From positions 10,482-74,481 of the forward strand of contig JAACZV010000007.1 in NCBI GenBank assembly GCA_009996515.1: a stretch of DNA of 64,000 nt, written 5' to 3'. Source of the stretch: Comamonadaceae bacterium (GTDB lineage: Bacteria > Pseudomonadota > Gammaproteobacteria > Burkholderiales > Burkholderiaceae_C). The translations under genes and the position numbers were made by a program. The notes under the pieces are model-generated. The model was not told the origin of the DNA and did no database searches. It worked only from the letters and a program-made list of their open reading frames with translations. This document shows, piece after piece, positions 1-10,227 of this stretch (within the stretch, counting starts at the first letter, position 1; each line of letters starts with the position of its first letter).

Positions 1-329
1 GGCAGCACGTCGGTGGCCGGGTTGTAGGCCAGCTTGCGGTAGGCGTGGGGGTAGATGGTGAACATGGACGAGGGGCTGATCAGCAACGTCTGCCCGTCGG
101 CCGCGGCGTCCTTCAGCCCGGCGATGGCGATGCGGCCGCCGGCGCCCACCTTCTGCTCGACGAGCACGGTCTCGGCCAGCTTGCCGCGGCAGAACTCGGC
201 GAAGCGCCGCGCCGTCGTGTCCACCGAGCCGCCGGCCGGGAAGCCGACCAGGATGCGCGGCGGCTGGCCCTGGGCGCGGGCCGCCAGGGGCAAGGCCGCC
301 AGGGCGGCGAGGAGCTGTCGTCTGTCCAT
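1..329 (-). CDS. Bug/TctC family tripartite tricarboxylate transporter substrate-binding protein (5' part; runs off window start)
   Basis: Hand translation from ATG 329: MDRRQLLAALAALPLAARAQGQPPRILVGFPAGGSVDTTARRFAE...VLVEQKVGAGGRIA, with the GFPAGG and GAGG motifs of Bug proteins. The start overlaps the MarR stop. Confidence 0.88.
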   Translation of the reverse strand, partial: MDRRQLLAALAALPLAARAQGQPPRILVGFPAGGSVDTTARRFAEFCRGKLAETVLVEQKVGAGGRIAIAGLKDAAADGQTLLISPSSMFTIYPHAYRKLAYNPATDVL

Positions 330-862
330 CATGGCTGGGGTCTCCTGGGCTTGGGGTCGGGGGCGGTGCTCTGTGCGGTGGCCACCCAGGCCAGGCGTTC
401 CAGCCCGGCCTTGAGCGCCGCGCCCTGCTCGCCGAGGGCGGCGGTCAGCGCGCGGTCATGTTCGGCAACGGCCCGCTCCAGCCGCACCAGGCGGCGCCGG
501 CCGGCGGGCGTGAGGTGCAGGCCCCAGGCGCGGGCGTCGCCCGGCGCGTCGCGGCGCTCGGCCCAGCCGTTGGCCGTCAGCCAGTCGGTCAGGCGCAGCG
601 CGCCGCTGCGGTGCAGGCCCATGGCCTGGCCCAGCAGGCCCTGTCGCAGCCCCGGATTGCGCGCGATCAGCACCAGCGCGGCGAAGCGCTGCGGGCTGAC
701 GTCCCACTCGGCGGTGGCGCGGTAGAAGTCCAGGTACAGCGCGTTCTGCGCGCGGCGCAGCGCATAGCCCAGCAGGCCGTCCAGCACCCCATAGTCCACG
801 CCCGGCACGGGCAGCATCAGGCCCTCGGGAGTCACGGCGTCCAGGCTGTCGGTCTTGCTCAC
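329..862 (-). CDS. MarR family transcriptional regulator
   Basis: C-terminal part of ORF 329..2122: LLGYALRRAQ...VSPQRFAALVLIARNPGLRQGLLGQAMGLHRSG...DARAWGLHLTPAG. Start is GTG 862 or ATG 817. Confidence 0.88.
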   Translation of the reverse strand: MSKTDSLDAVTPEGLMLPVPGVDYGVLDGLLGYALRRAQNALYLDFYRATAEWDVSPQRFAALVLIARNPGLRQGLLGQAMGLHRSGALRLTDWLTANGWAERRDAPGDARAWGLHLTPAGRRRLVRLERAVAEHDRALTAALGEQGAALKAGLERLAWVATAQSTAPDPKPRRPQP

Positions 863-880
863 CGACTCAGCGTAGTTTTC

Positions 881-895
881 GTTGCTTACTGCAAC
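881..895. promoter_or_regulatory. Candidate MarR operator, inverted repeat GTTGC-N5-GCAAC
   Basis: gttgcttactgcaac lies in the AT-rich 54-bp gap between the divergent marR and monooxygenase genes. Confidence 0.5.
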
Positions 896-916
896 AATCT
901 CGCATACCCTGAGCTG

Positions 917-2140
917 ATGCAGATCATCATCGCGGGCGGCGGCATCGGCGGGCTCACGGCGGCACTGGCCCTGCACGCGCGGGGGCACGAGGTCACCGTG
1001 CTGGAAGCCGTGCGCGAGCCCAGGCCGCTGGGCGTGGGCATCAACCTGCTGCCGCACGCGGTGGCGGTGCTGGACGGGCTGGGCCTGCTGCCGGCGCTGC
1101 GTGCGATGGCCGTCGAGACCTCGGCACTGGTCTTCGCCAACCGCCACGGCCAGACCATCTACCGCGACCCGCGCGGCCTGGCCGGCGGCTACAGCCATCC
1201 GCAGTTCAGCATCCACCGCGGCGAGCTGCAGATGAAGCTGTGGGCCGAGGCCTCGGCGCGGCTCGCCGTGGTCGGCGGCCAGCGCGTCGTCGGCGTGCGC
1301 GACAAGGGCGGCCGCGCCGTCGCGCAGATCGAAGCGGCCGACGGCCCGCGCGAGCTGGCGGCGGACCTGGTCGTCGGCGCCGACGGCATCCACTCGGCGC
1401 TGCGCCGGCGCCTCGCGCCGGACGAGGGCGCGCCCTGCTGGCGCGGCGTCATGATGTGGCGCGGCACGTCGTGGGCGCCACCCTTCCTGGACGGCCGCAC
1501 CATGGTGCAGGCCGGCCACAGCCGGGCCAAGTTCGTCGTCTACCCGATAGGCGCGCCGCGCGCCGACGGCCTGCAGCTGATCAACTGGATCGCGGACCGG
1601 CGCGTGCGCGAGCCCGAGCCGGGCCTGACCGCGCCGGACCGCGCCGACTGGAGCCGCCCCGGGCGCCTGGACGACCTGCTGCCCACCTTCGGCGGCTGGC
1701 ATTTCGACTGGCTGGACGTGCCGGGCCTGCTGACCCGCGCCGAGCAGATGCTGGAGTGGCCCATGGTGGACCGCGACCCGCTGCCGCGCTGGCGGCTGGG
1801 GCCCACGACGCTGCTGGGCGACGCGGCACACCCGATGTTCCCCATAGGCTCCAACGGCGCGACGCAGGCCATCCTGGACGCACAGGCGCTGGCCGACGCG
1901 CTGGCCGCCCATGCCGACCTCGACACCGCGCTGGCCGCCTACGAGGACCAGCGCCGGCCGATGTGCGCCCGCATCGTCGAGATGAACCGGCGCGAGGGGC
2001 TGGACGCCATCCTGGACCGCGTCGAGGCGCTGGCGCCCGGGGGCTTCGCGAACCTGGCCGACGTCATCGACCCGGCCGAGGTGGCCCGCGAGATCAACAG
2101 CTACAAGGCGGCCGCCGGCCACCGCCAGCGCGCCTCCTGA
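917..2140 (+). CDS. FAD-dependent monooxygenase (PhzS/salicylate-hydroxylase-like)
   Basis: MQIIIAGGGIGG (GxGxxG), RPLGVGIN, SIHRGELQ, GADGIHS, PMVDRDPLP and LLGDAAH motifs. Confidence 0.9.
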   Translation: MQIIIAGGGIGGLTAALALHARGHEVTVLEAVREPRPLGVGINLLPHAVAVLDGLGLLPALRAMAVETSALVFANRHGQTIYRDPRGLAGGYSHPQFSIHRGELQMKLWAEASARLAVVGGQRVVGVRDKGGRAVAQIEAADGPRELAADLVVGADGIHSALRRRLAPDEGAPCWRGVMMWRGTSWAPPFLDGRTMVQAGHSRAKFVVYPIGAPRADGLQLINWIADRRVREPEPGLTAPDRADWSRPGRLDDLLPTFGGWHFDWLDVPGLLTRAEQMLEWPMVDRDPLPRWRLGPTTLLGDAAHPMFPIGSNGATQAILDAQALADALAAHADLDTALAAYEDQRRPMCARIVEMNRREGLDAILDRVEALAPGGFANLADVIDPAEVAREINSYKAAAGHRQRAS

Positions 2141-2158
2141 GCGGCCGCTGAGCGCCGC

Positions 2159-3847
2159 TCAGGCCTTGAGCATCTCCGCGGCGATCAGCCGCACCGGCGC
2201 ATTGCCGTAGCTCAGGAACTGCTCGTGGAAGTCCTTGAGCTTGAAGCCCGGCCGCGCCTTGAGCTGCTCGCGCAGCGCAAAGATCTCGCTGTAGCCGCTG
2301 AAATAGCTGGTCAGCTGCACGGACGTGAGCTGCACGCGGCGCCACTTCTCGCGGGCCTCGCGCTCGGTCTGGAAGGCCTGGCGCACCAGCAGGTCCATGG
2401 CCTCGGCCTCGGCCATGCCCAGCACGTGCACGCTGTAGTCCAGCACGGTGTTGGTGACGGAGCGCAGATGCCATTTGCCGTACATCAGCGTCATCTCCGG
2501 CGAGGCGCCGTAGCCGCTCTCCATCATCATGCGCTCGCCGTAGACGGCCCAGCCCTCCACCATGGCGCCGTTGCCGAACAAGGCCTTGACCTTGCTGGGC
2601 ACGCGGTTGGCATGCACCAACTGCGTGTAATGGCCGGGGATGGCCTCGTGGATGTTGAGGATCTGCAGGATCCAGTGGTTGTACTCGCGCAGGCTGCTCT
2701 CGGCCTCTGCGGGCGTCAGGTCGGTGAGTGGCGTGACGTTGTAATAGGTCTTGTCCTGAGGCCGGTAGGGGCCCGGCGCCTCGATGCTGGCGCCGGCCAC
2801 GCCGCGCTGGTAGACGGGCGTCTCGCGCACCTGCAGGGGCTTGGCCAGGTCCTGGCTGAGCAGGTCGTGGTCGCGCACCCAGGCCTCCAGCTGCGGGATC
2901 TGGGCGCGGATCTCGTCGACGAAGCGCTCGCGGGCGACATGGCGCTCGCTCAACTTGTCGATGACGCGGCCGATCAGCGCGAAGCGGTCGGCCGGCGGCG
3001 GCTCGCTGCCCATGACCGTGGGCCACAACGCGGCGGCCTGGGCCTGCATGCTGGTCAGCACCTCCTCGCGGCGCTGCAGCGCCAGCTCGTAGGTCTCGCG
3101 GCCCGTGCGGGCGGACTGGATGTCGTGCGCGAACTTCGGCTCGTAGAGCGCGGCGCCGAGGCGGAAGCCCCGCGCCGGCTTGAGGCCCTTCAGGTGCGCG
3201 ACATAGCCGTTCACGGCCGCGCGGGCCCGGGCCAGCGGTGCCTTGAAGGCCGCCGCCTGGTGGGCCTCGGCGGCGCGCGCGCCAATGTCGTCCAGCAGGC
3301 CCAGCACGCCCGGCGCCTGCTGGATGGCCAGCTCGGTGTGCTCGCGGGTGACGCGCCCCAGGCTGTCCCGGGCGGCGCGGTAATAGGCCGGCAGCGCCGC
3401 GATGCGCGGCTGCAGCGCCTTCAGCCGCGCGGCCAGCGGCGCGTAGTCGGTGTTGAGCAGCAGGTCCAGCGGTGCGGCGGGGTTGTGCTCGGCCGGGTTC
3501 CAGGACCATTCGCGCAGCGTGTCCAGGCGCCAGAGATCGCTCTGCAGCTTGGCGACCAGCATGTCGCGGTCCATGCGGTCGGCGGTGGCCAGCGGCGCGT
3601 CGGGCAGGCGCTGCAGCCGCGCCAGCCAGTGCTTCGTGAAGGCGCGCATGCGCTGGCGCTGGGCGCTGCTCGGCAGCGTCACGCGGCCGGCGAACTCGAA
3701 ACGCCCGGCGGCCACGGCCGCATCCGGGTCCAGCTTCCACAAGGCCTCGAGGAAGTCCTCGGCGATCGCCGCGAACGCGCGGTCTTGCGCCAGCGCGGGC
3801 AGGCCCAGGCCGGCCAGGCCCAGCAGCGTGAACTCGCGCCGCCTCAT
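2159..3847 (-). CDS. DUF885 family protein (putative exported metallopeptidase-like)
   Basis: MRRREFTLLG signal-like start; HEAIPGHYTQ, VEGWAVYGE and QLTSYFSG motifs typical of DUF885. ATG overlaps the gshB stop. Confidence 0.88.
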   Translation of the reverse strand: MRRREFTLLGLAGLGLPALAQDRAFAAIAEDFLEALWKLDPDAAVAAGRFEFAGRVTLPSSAQRQRMRAFTKHWLARLQRLPDAPLATADRMDRDMLVAKLQSDLWRLDTLREWSWNPAEHNPAAPLDLLLNTDYAPLAARLKALQPRIAALPAYYRAARDSLGRVTREHTELAIQQAPGVLGLLDDIGARAAEAHQAAAFKAPLARARAAVNGYVAHLKGLKPARGFRLGAALYEPKFAHDIQSARTGRETYELALQRREEVLTSMQAQAAALWPTVMGSEPPPADRFALIGRVIDKLSERHVARERFVDEIRAQIPQLEAWVRDHDLLSQDLAKPLQVRETPVYQRGVAGASIEAPGPYRPQDKTYYNVTPLTDLTPAEAESSLREYNHWILQILNIHEAIPGHYTQLVHANRVPSKVKALFGNGAMVEGWAVYGERMMMESGYGASPEMTLMYGKWHLRSVTNTVLDYSVHVLGMAEAEAMDLLVRQAFQTEREAREKWRRVQLTSVQLTSYFSGYSEIFALREQLKARPGFKLKDFHEQFLSYGNAPVRLIAAEMLKA

Positions 3848-4791
3848 GCCAGCGCCTCTTCCAGCGCGTCGACGAACATCTTCGCGACGTCGAAGCCGCT
3901 CTGGTCGGTGATCTCCTGGAAGCAGGTCGGGCTGGTCACGTTGATCTCGGTGACGTTCTCGCCGATGACGTCCAGGCCCACCAGCAGCAGGCCGCGCTGC
4001 TGCAGGATGGGGCCGAGTTCCTCGGCGATCTCGCGGTCGCGCGGCGTCAGCGGGCGGGCCACGCCCTTGCCGCCGGCGGCCAGGTTGCCGCGCACCTCGC
4101 CGCCCTGCGGGATACGGGCCAGGCAATGCGGCACCGGCTTGCCGCCGATGATGAGGATGCGCTTGTCGCCCTCGGCGATGGCCGGGATGAAGCGCTGCAC
4201 CATGACGGTCTGCGTGCCGTCCTTGTTCAGCGTCTCGATGATGGCGCCGAGGTTGAGGCCGTCGTCCTGGACGCGGAAGATGCCCATGCCGCCCATGCCG
4301 TCCAGCGGCTTCAGGATGATGTCGCGCTGCTCGGCGTGGAAGGCGCGGATCTCGGCCGGGTCGCGCGTGACCAAGGTCGGCGAGATGAACTGCGGGAACT
4401 CCATGATGGCCAGCTTCTCGGGGTGCTCGCGCAGCGCGCTTGCCTTGTTGAAGACGCGCGCGCCCTCGCGCTCGGCCTGGCTGAGCAGATGGGTGGCGTA
4501 GAAGAACTCGCTGTCGAAGGGCGGGTCCTTGCGCATCAGCACGGCGCCGACGTCGGCCAGCGCGACGTCGCCGGTCGACTGGACCTGGAACCAGTCCTGC
4601 GCGTCGCCGGTCAGCCTGATGTGGCGGGCAGCACGCGCCGTCACGCGGCCGCCGCGCTGCCAGACCAGCTGGCCCACCTCGCAGGCCAGGATGTCGTGGC
4701 CGCGCCGCGCGGCCTCGCGCATCATCGCGAAGGTGGAGTCCTTGTAGGTCTTGAAGGTGTCGAGAGGGTCGGCAACGAAGAGCAGCTTCAT
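3844..4791 (-). CDS. gshB: Glutathione synthetase
   Basis: MKLLFVADPL...KDSTFAMMREA, MRKDPPFD, KPLDGMGG, RGNLAAGG, EINVTSPTC; 315 aa. Confidence 0.96.
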   Translation of the reverse strand: MKLLFVADPLDTFKTYKDSTFAMMREAARRGHDILACEVGQLVWQRGGRVTARAARHIRLTGDAQDWFQVQSTGDVALADVGAVLMRKDPPFDSEFFYATHLLSQAEREGARVFNKASALREHPEKLAIMEFPQFISPTLVTRDPAEIRAFHAEQRDIILKPLDGMGGMGIFRVQDDGLNLGAIIETLNKDGTQTVMVQRFIPAIAEGDKRILIIGGKPVPHCLARIPQGGEVRGNLAAGGKGVARPLTPRDREIAEELGPILQQRGLLLVGLDVIGENVTEINVTSPTCFQEITDQSGFDVAKMFVDALEEALA

Positions 4792-4851
4792 GGGTACGGC
4801 CTGTGGATTCAGCGCCGGCCAGTGTTGCACAGCGCCGCGCCCGCCGCCCGT

Positions 4852-6030
4852 CTAGGGCTGAGGTCGCCGCAGCGTGGCCACCAGCGTCGCGACGCCGCCC
4901 GCCACCACGCCCCAGAACGCCGAACCGATGCCGAACAGGCTGAGGCCCGACAGGCAGACCAGGAAGGTCAGGATGGCCGCGTCGCGATGGGCCTCGTCCT
5001 TCAGCGCCGCGGCCAGCGCGCCGGCAATGGTGCCCAGCAGCGCCAGCCCGGCGATGGCCGCGACCAGCTCGCGCGGAAAGGCCGCCAGCAGCATCGCGAC
5101 GGCGCCGCCGGCCAGGCCCAGCAGCACGTAGAACAGGCCCGCGGCGACGCTGGCGGTGTAGCGCCGCGCCGGGTCCTCGTGGGCCTCGCGGCCCATGCAG
5201 ATGGCGGCCGTGATGGCGGCCAGATTGAACGCATAGCCGCCGAAGGGTGCCAGCAGCGTCGTCGCCGCGCCGGTCACGGCGATGGAGGCCGACACCGGCG
5301 TCTGGTAGCCACTGGCGCGCTGGGCCGCGACGCCCGGCAGGTTCTGCGAGGCCATGGTGACGATGAACAGCGGCAGCGCCACGCCGACGGCCGCATGCCA
5401 GGTGAATTGCGGCGCCGTCCAGACCGGCAGCGCGAAGACCTGGGACAGGTCCAGGCCCAGCAGGCTGAGCCGCCCCTGCGCCAGCGCGACGGCGACGCCC
5501 GCGACGAGCACGCCGGGCACCGCATAGCGCGGCCACAGCCGCCGCCCCAGCAGGAAGGCCGCGGCCATCGCGAGCACCAGCACGGGCGCCGTCTTCACGC
5601 TGCCCACCGCGTCGAGCCCGAAGCGCGCCAGCACGCCGGCCAGCAGCGCCGACGCGATGGCGACGGGGATGCGGTCCATCAGCTTCTCGAACCAGCCGCT
5701 GGCGCCGGCCCAGGCGATCAGCAGGCCGCAGAGGATGAAGGCGCCGACGGCCTCCGGCATCTCCACGCCCGAGGTCGAAGCGAGCAGCGCCGCGCCGGGC
5801 GTGGACCAGGCCGTCAGCACCGGCTGGCGCGTCCACAGGCTCAGGCCCAGGCTGGTCAGGCCCATGCCCAGGCCCAGCGCCCACAGCCAGGAGGCGGTCT
5901 GCGCCGGCGTGGCGCCCAGCGCGACGGTGGCCTGGAAGATGATGGCCACCGAGCTGGTGTAGCCCACCAGCACGGCGACGAAGCCGGCCACGACGGTGGA
6001 CGGCGAGAAGTCCTTCAGCAACGTGCGCAT
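4852..6030 (-). CDS. benE: Benzoate/H+ symporter BenE family transporter
   Basis: Hydrophobic 392-aa protein with AWSTPGAAL, VTMASQNLPG, NLAAITAAIC and SAFWG motifs. Confidence 0.9.
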   Translation of the reverse strand: MRTLLKDFSPSTVVAGFVAVLVGYTSSVAIIFQATVALGATPAQTASWLWALGLGMGLTSLGLSLWTRQPVLTAWSTPGAALLASTSGVEMPEAVGAFILCGLLIAWAGASGWFEKLMDRIPVAIASALLAGVLARFGLDAVGSVKTAPVLVLAMAAAFLLGRRLWPRYAVPGVLVAGVAVALAQGRLSLLGLDLSQVFALPVWTAPQFTWHAAVGVALPLFIVTMASQNLPGVAAQRASGYQTPVSASIAVTGAATTLLAPFGGYAFNLAAITAAICMGREAHEDPARRYTASVAAGLFYVLLGLAGGAVAMLLAAFPRELVAAIAGLALLGTIAGALAAALKDEAHRDAAILTFLVCLSGLSLFGIGSAFWGVVAGGVATLVATLRRPQP

Positions 6031-6075
6031 CGGGGCAGCATAGCGATGCCCGCAGCCGGCACTGCAGGGGGTGGT

Positions 6076-7959
6076 CTAAATCTCGACCTTGGAGCCCAGC
6101 TCGACGATGCGGTTGGTGGGCAGGTGCAGGAAGTCTGCGGCCGCGGCGGCGTTGCGGTGCATGCTGGCGAACAGCTTCTCGCGCCACAGCGCCATGCCCG
6201 AGCCTATGGTGGGGATGACGATGTCGCGGCTCAGGAAATAGCTGGTCTCCATGTCGTCCAGCAGCACACCCTGCTGCTTCAGCAGCGCCAGCGCCTCGGG
6301 CACGTCGGGTTCGTCCTTGAAGCCGAAGTGCAGCGCCACCTGCCAGCAGCTGTGGCCCAGCGCCTCGGCCTCGCAGCGCTGCTCCAGGCTGATCCACGGC
6401 ACCTCGTGGTGCTTGACGGTGACGAAGATGTTCTGCTCGTGCAGCACCTTGTTGTGCTTGAGGTTGTGCAGCAGCGCGTTGGGCGTCGTGCCCTTCTCGG
6501 ACGACAGGAACACGGCCGTGCCGGCCACGCGCAGCGGCGGGTTGACGAACACGGCCTCCAGGAAGGCAGTCAGCTCGATGGCGTCCTCGCGCAGCTTGTC
6601 GGACAGCTGCTTGCGGCCCTGCTTCCAGGTCAGCATCAGCGTGAACATCGCGATGCCGATCAGCAGCGGGAACCAGCCGCCGTGCAGCAGCTTGAGCAGG
6701 TTGGACGCGAGGAAGGTCACGTCGATGATGAAGAACAGGCCGGTGGCCGCCAGGCACAGCGCCAGCGGATAGCGCCAGCCGAAGCGGATGACGAAGAAGG
6801 TCATCACGGTCGTGATCGTCATGTCGATGGTGACGGCCACGCCGTAGGCGCCGGCCAGCTTGCTGGACGAGCCGAAGAAGACGACGGCCACCACCACCAG
6901 CGCGAACAGTCCCCAGTTGACGAAGGGCACGTAGATCTGGCCGGTGTCGCGCACGCTGGTGTGCAGCACGCGCAGCCGCGGCAGGATGCCCAGCTGTATG
7001 GCCTGCTTGGTGACGGAGAAGGCCGCCGTGATCAGCGCCTGCGACGCGACGACGGCCGCCGCCGTGGCGAGCAGGAACAGCGGGATCTCGGCCCAGGCCG
7101 GCGCGAGCAGAAAGAAGGGGTTCTTCACGCCCTCGGGGTTGTCCAGCAGCATGGCGCCCTGGCCGAAGTAGTTGATGACCAGGGCCGGCATGACGACGCC
7201 GTACCAGGCGATGCGGATGGGCTTCTTGCCGAAATGGCCCAGGTCGGCGTAGAGCGCCTCGCCGCCGGTCACCACCAGCACGATGGCGCCCAGCGCGACG
7301 AAGGCCACCCAGCGGTACTCCAGGCAGAAGCGCAGCGCGTACAGCGGGTTGACGGCGGCCAGCACGCGCGGGTTGTCGAACACATGCGGCAGGCCCAGCG
7401 CCGCCAGGCTCAGGAACCACACCAGCATGACCGGGCCGAAGGCCTTGCCTATGCCGCCGGTGCCGAAGCGCTGCACCGAGAACAGCCCGGCCAGCACCAG
7501 CAGCGAGACCGGCAGCACGGCGTCGTGGTAATCCGGCGCATAGACCTCGATGCCCTCGATGGCGCTGAGCACGGTCATGGCCGGCGTGATGACCGCGTCA
7601 CCGAAGAAGATCGCCGTGCCGAACAGCCCGACCGCCATCAAGCCGCGCCGCAGCCGCGGCCGGCCGTTCACGGCGTTGGTGGCCAGCGCCAGCATCGCGA
7701 TGAGGCCGCCCTCGCCGTTGTTGTCGGCGCGCAGGATCAGCAGCACGTACTTGACCGAGACGATGGTGGTCATGGTCCAGAACAGCAGCGACAGCACGCC
7801 GAGGATGTTGTCCGGCGTGGTGGCGACATGGCCGCCGTGGAAGACTTCTTTGAGGGCGTACAGCGGGCTGGTGCCGATGTCGCCATAGACCACCCCGAGG
7901 GCGCCTAGGGTCAGGCCCGCCAGCGCCGAGGGGCTGCGGGCCGCTTGGGAAGAACTCAC
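6076..7959 (-). CDS. kup: Potassium transporter Kup
   Basis: [35 protein letters not shown] and [10 protein letters not shown] motifs. Probable GTG start at 7959. Confidence 0.95.
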   Translation of the reverse strand: MSSSQAARSPSALAGLTLGALGVVYGDIGTSPLYALKEVFHGGHVATTPDNILGVLSLLFWTMTTIVSVKYVLLILRADNNGEGGLIAMLALATNAVNGRPRLRRGLMAVGLFGTAIFFGDAVITPAMTVLSAIEGIEVYAPDYHDAVLPVSLLVLAGLFSVQRFGTGGIGKAFGPVMLVWFLSLAALGLPHVFDNPRVLAAVNPLYALRFCLEYRWVAFVALGAIVLVVTGGEALYADLGHFGKKPIRIAWYGVVMPALVINYFGQGAMLLDNPEGVKNPFFLLAPAWAEIPLFLLATAAAVVASQALITAAFSVTKQAIQLGILPRLRVLHTSVRDTGQIYVPFVNWGLFALVVVAVVFFGSSSKLAGAYGVAVTIDMTITTVMTFFVIRFGWRYPLALCLAATGLFFIIDVTFLASNLLKLLHGGWFPLLIGIAMFTLMLTWKQGRKQLSDKLREDAIELTAFLEAVFVNPPLRVAGTAVFLSSEKGTTPNALLHNLKHNKVLHEQNIFVTVKHHEVPWISLEQRCEAEALGHSCWQVALHFGFKDEPDVPEALALLKQQGVLLDDMETSYFLSRDIVIPTIGSGMALWREKLFASMHRNAAAAADFLHLPTNRIVELGSKVEI

Positions 7960-8104
7960 TGCACGAGCACCACCCTCGCGGGGTGGCGTTTGTTCGAAAG
8001 CGGCGATTCTCCGTCGGGCCGCCGCGTCTTGTGCGACGCAGCAAAACCACAACGCCCGGGCTTGACGCCCGCCGGGCGGCGGGCGTAGGCGTGGGCGGCC
8101 CGCC

Positions 8105-10123
8105 TCACCAGATGCGGATGCGCTCGGCCTCGGGCTTGAACATCTTGTCGCCCGGCCGGGTCTTGAAGACCTGGTGGAAGCCGTCGTGGTTGACGGCGGC
8201 GCCGTTGGCGCGGAACTCGGACGGCGAATGCGGGTCGGCCGTCAGCAGCCGCAGCTGGCGCTGCTCGCGCGACTTCTCGCGCCAGGCCTGCGACCAGCCG
8301 AGGAAGAAGCGCTCCTCGCCGCTGTAGCCGTCGATGACCGGCGCCGGCTTGCCGCCCAGCGAGCGCAGATAGGCCTTGTAGGCGATCTGCAGGCCGGACA
8401 GGTCGGCGATGTTCTCGCCCAGCGTCAGCCGGCCGTTCACATGCTTGCCGGGGATGGGCTCGTAGGCGTCGTACTGCGCCACCAGCTTGGCGCCTATGGC
8501 GTCGAAGGCCTTGCGGTCGGCCTCGGTCCACCAGTTGCGCAGCGCGCCGTCGCCGTCGAACTGGCTGCCCTCGTCGTCGAAGCCATGGCTGATCTCGTGG
8601 CCGATGATGGCGCCGATGGCGCCGTAGTTGACGGCGTCGTCGGCCTGGCTGCTGTAGAACGGCGGCTGCAGGATGGCAGCCGGGAAGACGATCTCGTTCA
8701 TCATCGGGTTGTAGTAGGCATTGACGGTCTGCGGCGTCATCAGCCACTCGCGCCGGTCCACCGGCTGGTCGGCCTTGGCGGCCTGGTGCAGCCAGCCGAA
8801 GCGGCCGGCCCGCAGCGCATTGCCCAGCGCGTCGCCGGCGCGCACCTCCAGCCCGGCATAGTCGCGCCAGGTCTCGGGGTAGCCGATCTTGACCATGTAC
8901 TTGGACAGCTTGTCCTGCGCCGCCGCCTGCGTGGCTGGCGTCATCCAGCTCAGCCCGCCGATGGAGTCCTTGTAGGCCGCCATCAGATTGCCCACCAGCG
9001 TCAGCATGCGGGCCTTGTCGGACGCCGGGAAGTAGCGCTGCACATAGGCCTGGCCGACCGCGTCGCCCAGCGCGCCATTGACGTCGGCGACGGCCTTCTG
9101 CCAGCGCGGCCGCTCGGCGGTGGCGCCGCTCAGCGCCGTGCCGCGGAAGGCGAAGCTGGCGTCGCGCACGGGGCGCGGCAGCACGCTGGCCAGGCTGTCC
9201 AGCGTGTGCAGCTTGGCGTACAGGCGCAGCTCGTCCAGCGGCGTCTGGCCCACCAGCCGGGCCAGGCCGATCGCGAAGCTGGGCTGTGACACCGACAGCT
9301 TCTGCAGCGCCGGCAGGCCGGCGGCCTTGAAGAAGCCCTGCCAGTCGAAGCCGGGCGCCTTCGCGGCCAGCTCGGCCGGCGTCATCGGGTTGTAGAGCTT
9401 GACGGGATCGCGGTTGGCGACCTGGTCCCAGTGCAGCTCGGCGATGCGGTGCTCCAGCGCCATCACGCGGCCGGCGGCGGCGGCCGGCTCGGCCAGGCCG
9501 GCCTCGCGGGCCAGCGTCTCCAGATAGGCCAGATAGGCGGCGCGGGCCTTGGCCATGCGCGCGTCGTCGGCCTTCAGGTAGTAGTCGCGGTTGGGCAGGC
9601 CCAGGCCGGCCTGCTGCACCAGCAGGCGGTTGACGCTGGGCTGCTTGAAGTCGGCGTCGATGTCCAGGCCGACCAGGCCGGCCACCTGCCCGGCGCGGGC
9701 ACCCAGCCAGGCCGCGAACTGCTCGCGGCTGGCGATCGCGTCGATGCCGTCCAGCAGCGGCTTGAGCGGCGCCATGCCGGCCTTGTCGATGGCCGCCAGG
9801 TCCAGATGGGCCGCGTAGTAGTCGACGATCTTGCGGGCCTCCGAGCCGGCCGGCTGCGGCGTCGCCGCCAGCGACTCGACCAGCTCGCGCACCCGCCGGT
9901 CCGACAGGTCGGCCAGTTCGACGAAGCTGCCGTAGGCGGGCTTGTCGGCCGGGATCTCGGTGGTCGCCAGCCAGTGGCCGTTGGCGGCGCGGAACAGGTC
10001 GTCCTGCGGGCGCACGGCGCGGTCGAAGCCGGCCAGGTCGAGGCCGGAGCGGGGCGAGGCGGCCAGCGCGGCGCCGCCCAGCAGCATCAACAGGGACAGG
10101 GTGGAGAGGCGGAAGACGTTCAT
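8105..10123 (-). CDS. M13 family metallopeptidase (exported)
   Basis: Signal peptide; [26 protein letters not shown] (HExxH), GENIAD and DPHSP motifs. Confidence 0.94.
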   Translation of the reverse strand: MNVFRLSTLSLLMLLGGAALAASPRSGLDLAGFDRAVRPQDDLFRAANGHWLATTEIPADKPAYGSFVELADLSDRRVRELVESLAATPQPAGSEARKIVDYYAAHLDLAAIDKAGMAPLKPLLDGIDAIASREQFAAWLGARAGQVAGLVGLDIDADFKQPSVNRLLVQQAGLGLPNRDYYLKADDARMAKARAAYLAYLETLAREAGLAEPAAAAGRVMALEHRIAELHWDQVANRDPVKLYNPMTPAELAAKAPGFDWQGFFKAAGLPALQKLSVSQPSFAIGLARLVGQTPLDELRLYAKLHTLDSLASVLPRPVRDASFAFRGTALSGATAERPRWQKAVADVNGALGDAVGQAYVQRYFPASDKARMLTLVGNLMAAYKDSIGGLSWMTPATQAAAQDKLSKYMVKIGYPETWRDYAGLEVRAGDALGNALRAGRFGWLHQAAKADQPVDRREWLMTPQTVNAYYNPMMNEIVFPAAILQPPFYSSQADDAVNYGAIGAIIGHEISHGFDDEGSQFDGDGALRNWWTEADRKAFDAIGAKLVAQYDAYEPIPGKHVNGRLTLGENIADLSGLQIAYKAYLRSLGGKPAPVIDGYSGEERFFLGWSQAWREKSREQRQLRLLTADPHSPSEFRANGAAVNHDGFHQVFKTRPGDKMFKPEAERIRIW

Positions 10124-10227
10124 CGCGGCATCGGGGCTTGAAGAAGGCTCGCAGCCTAGGCGAGAACGGCCCGCAACACCCCCTGCCAAATGGAATGGGT
10201 GGGGCGGGGCGGCCGCAGATGGGGGGG

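Noticed and set aside
329-2122. 597-aa minus ORF and 560-aa plus ORF suggesting MarR/monooxygenase fusions
   Set aside because: Each is a real gene extended by the antisense of its divergent neighbour. An AT-rich intergenic gap with an operator-like dyad separates the two genes.
2159-7420. Apparent 1753-aa protein ending in a DUF885 domain
   Set aside because: Only the last 562 aa (from ATG 3847, coupled to the gshB stop) look real. The upstream part is an off-frame read-through across gshB, benE and kup.
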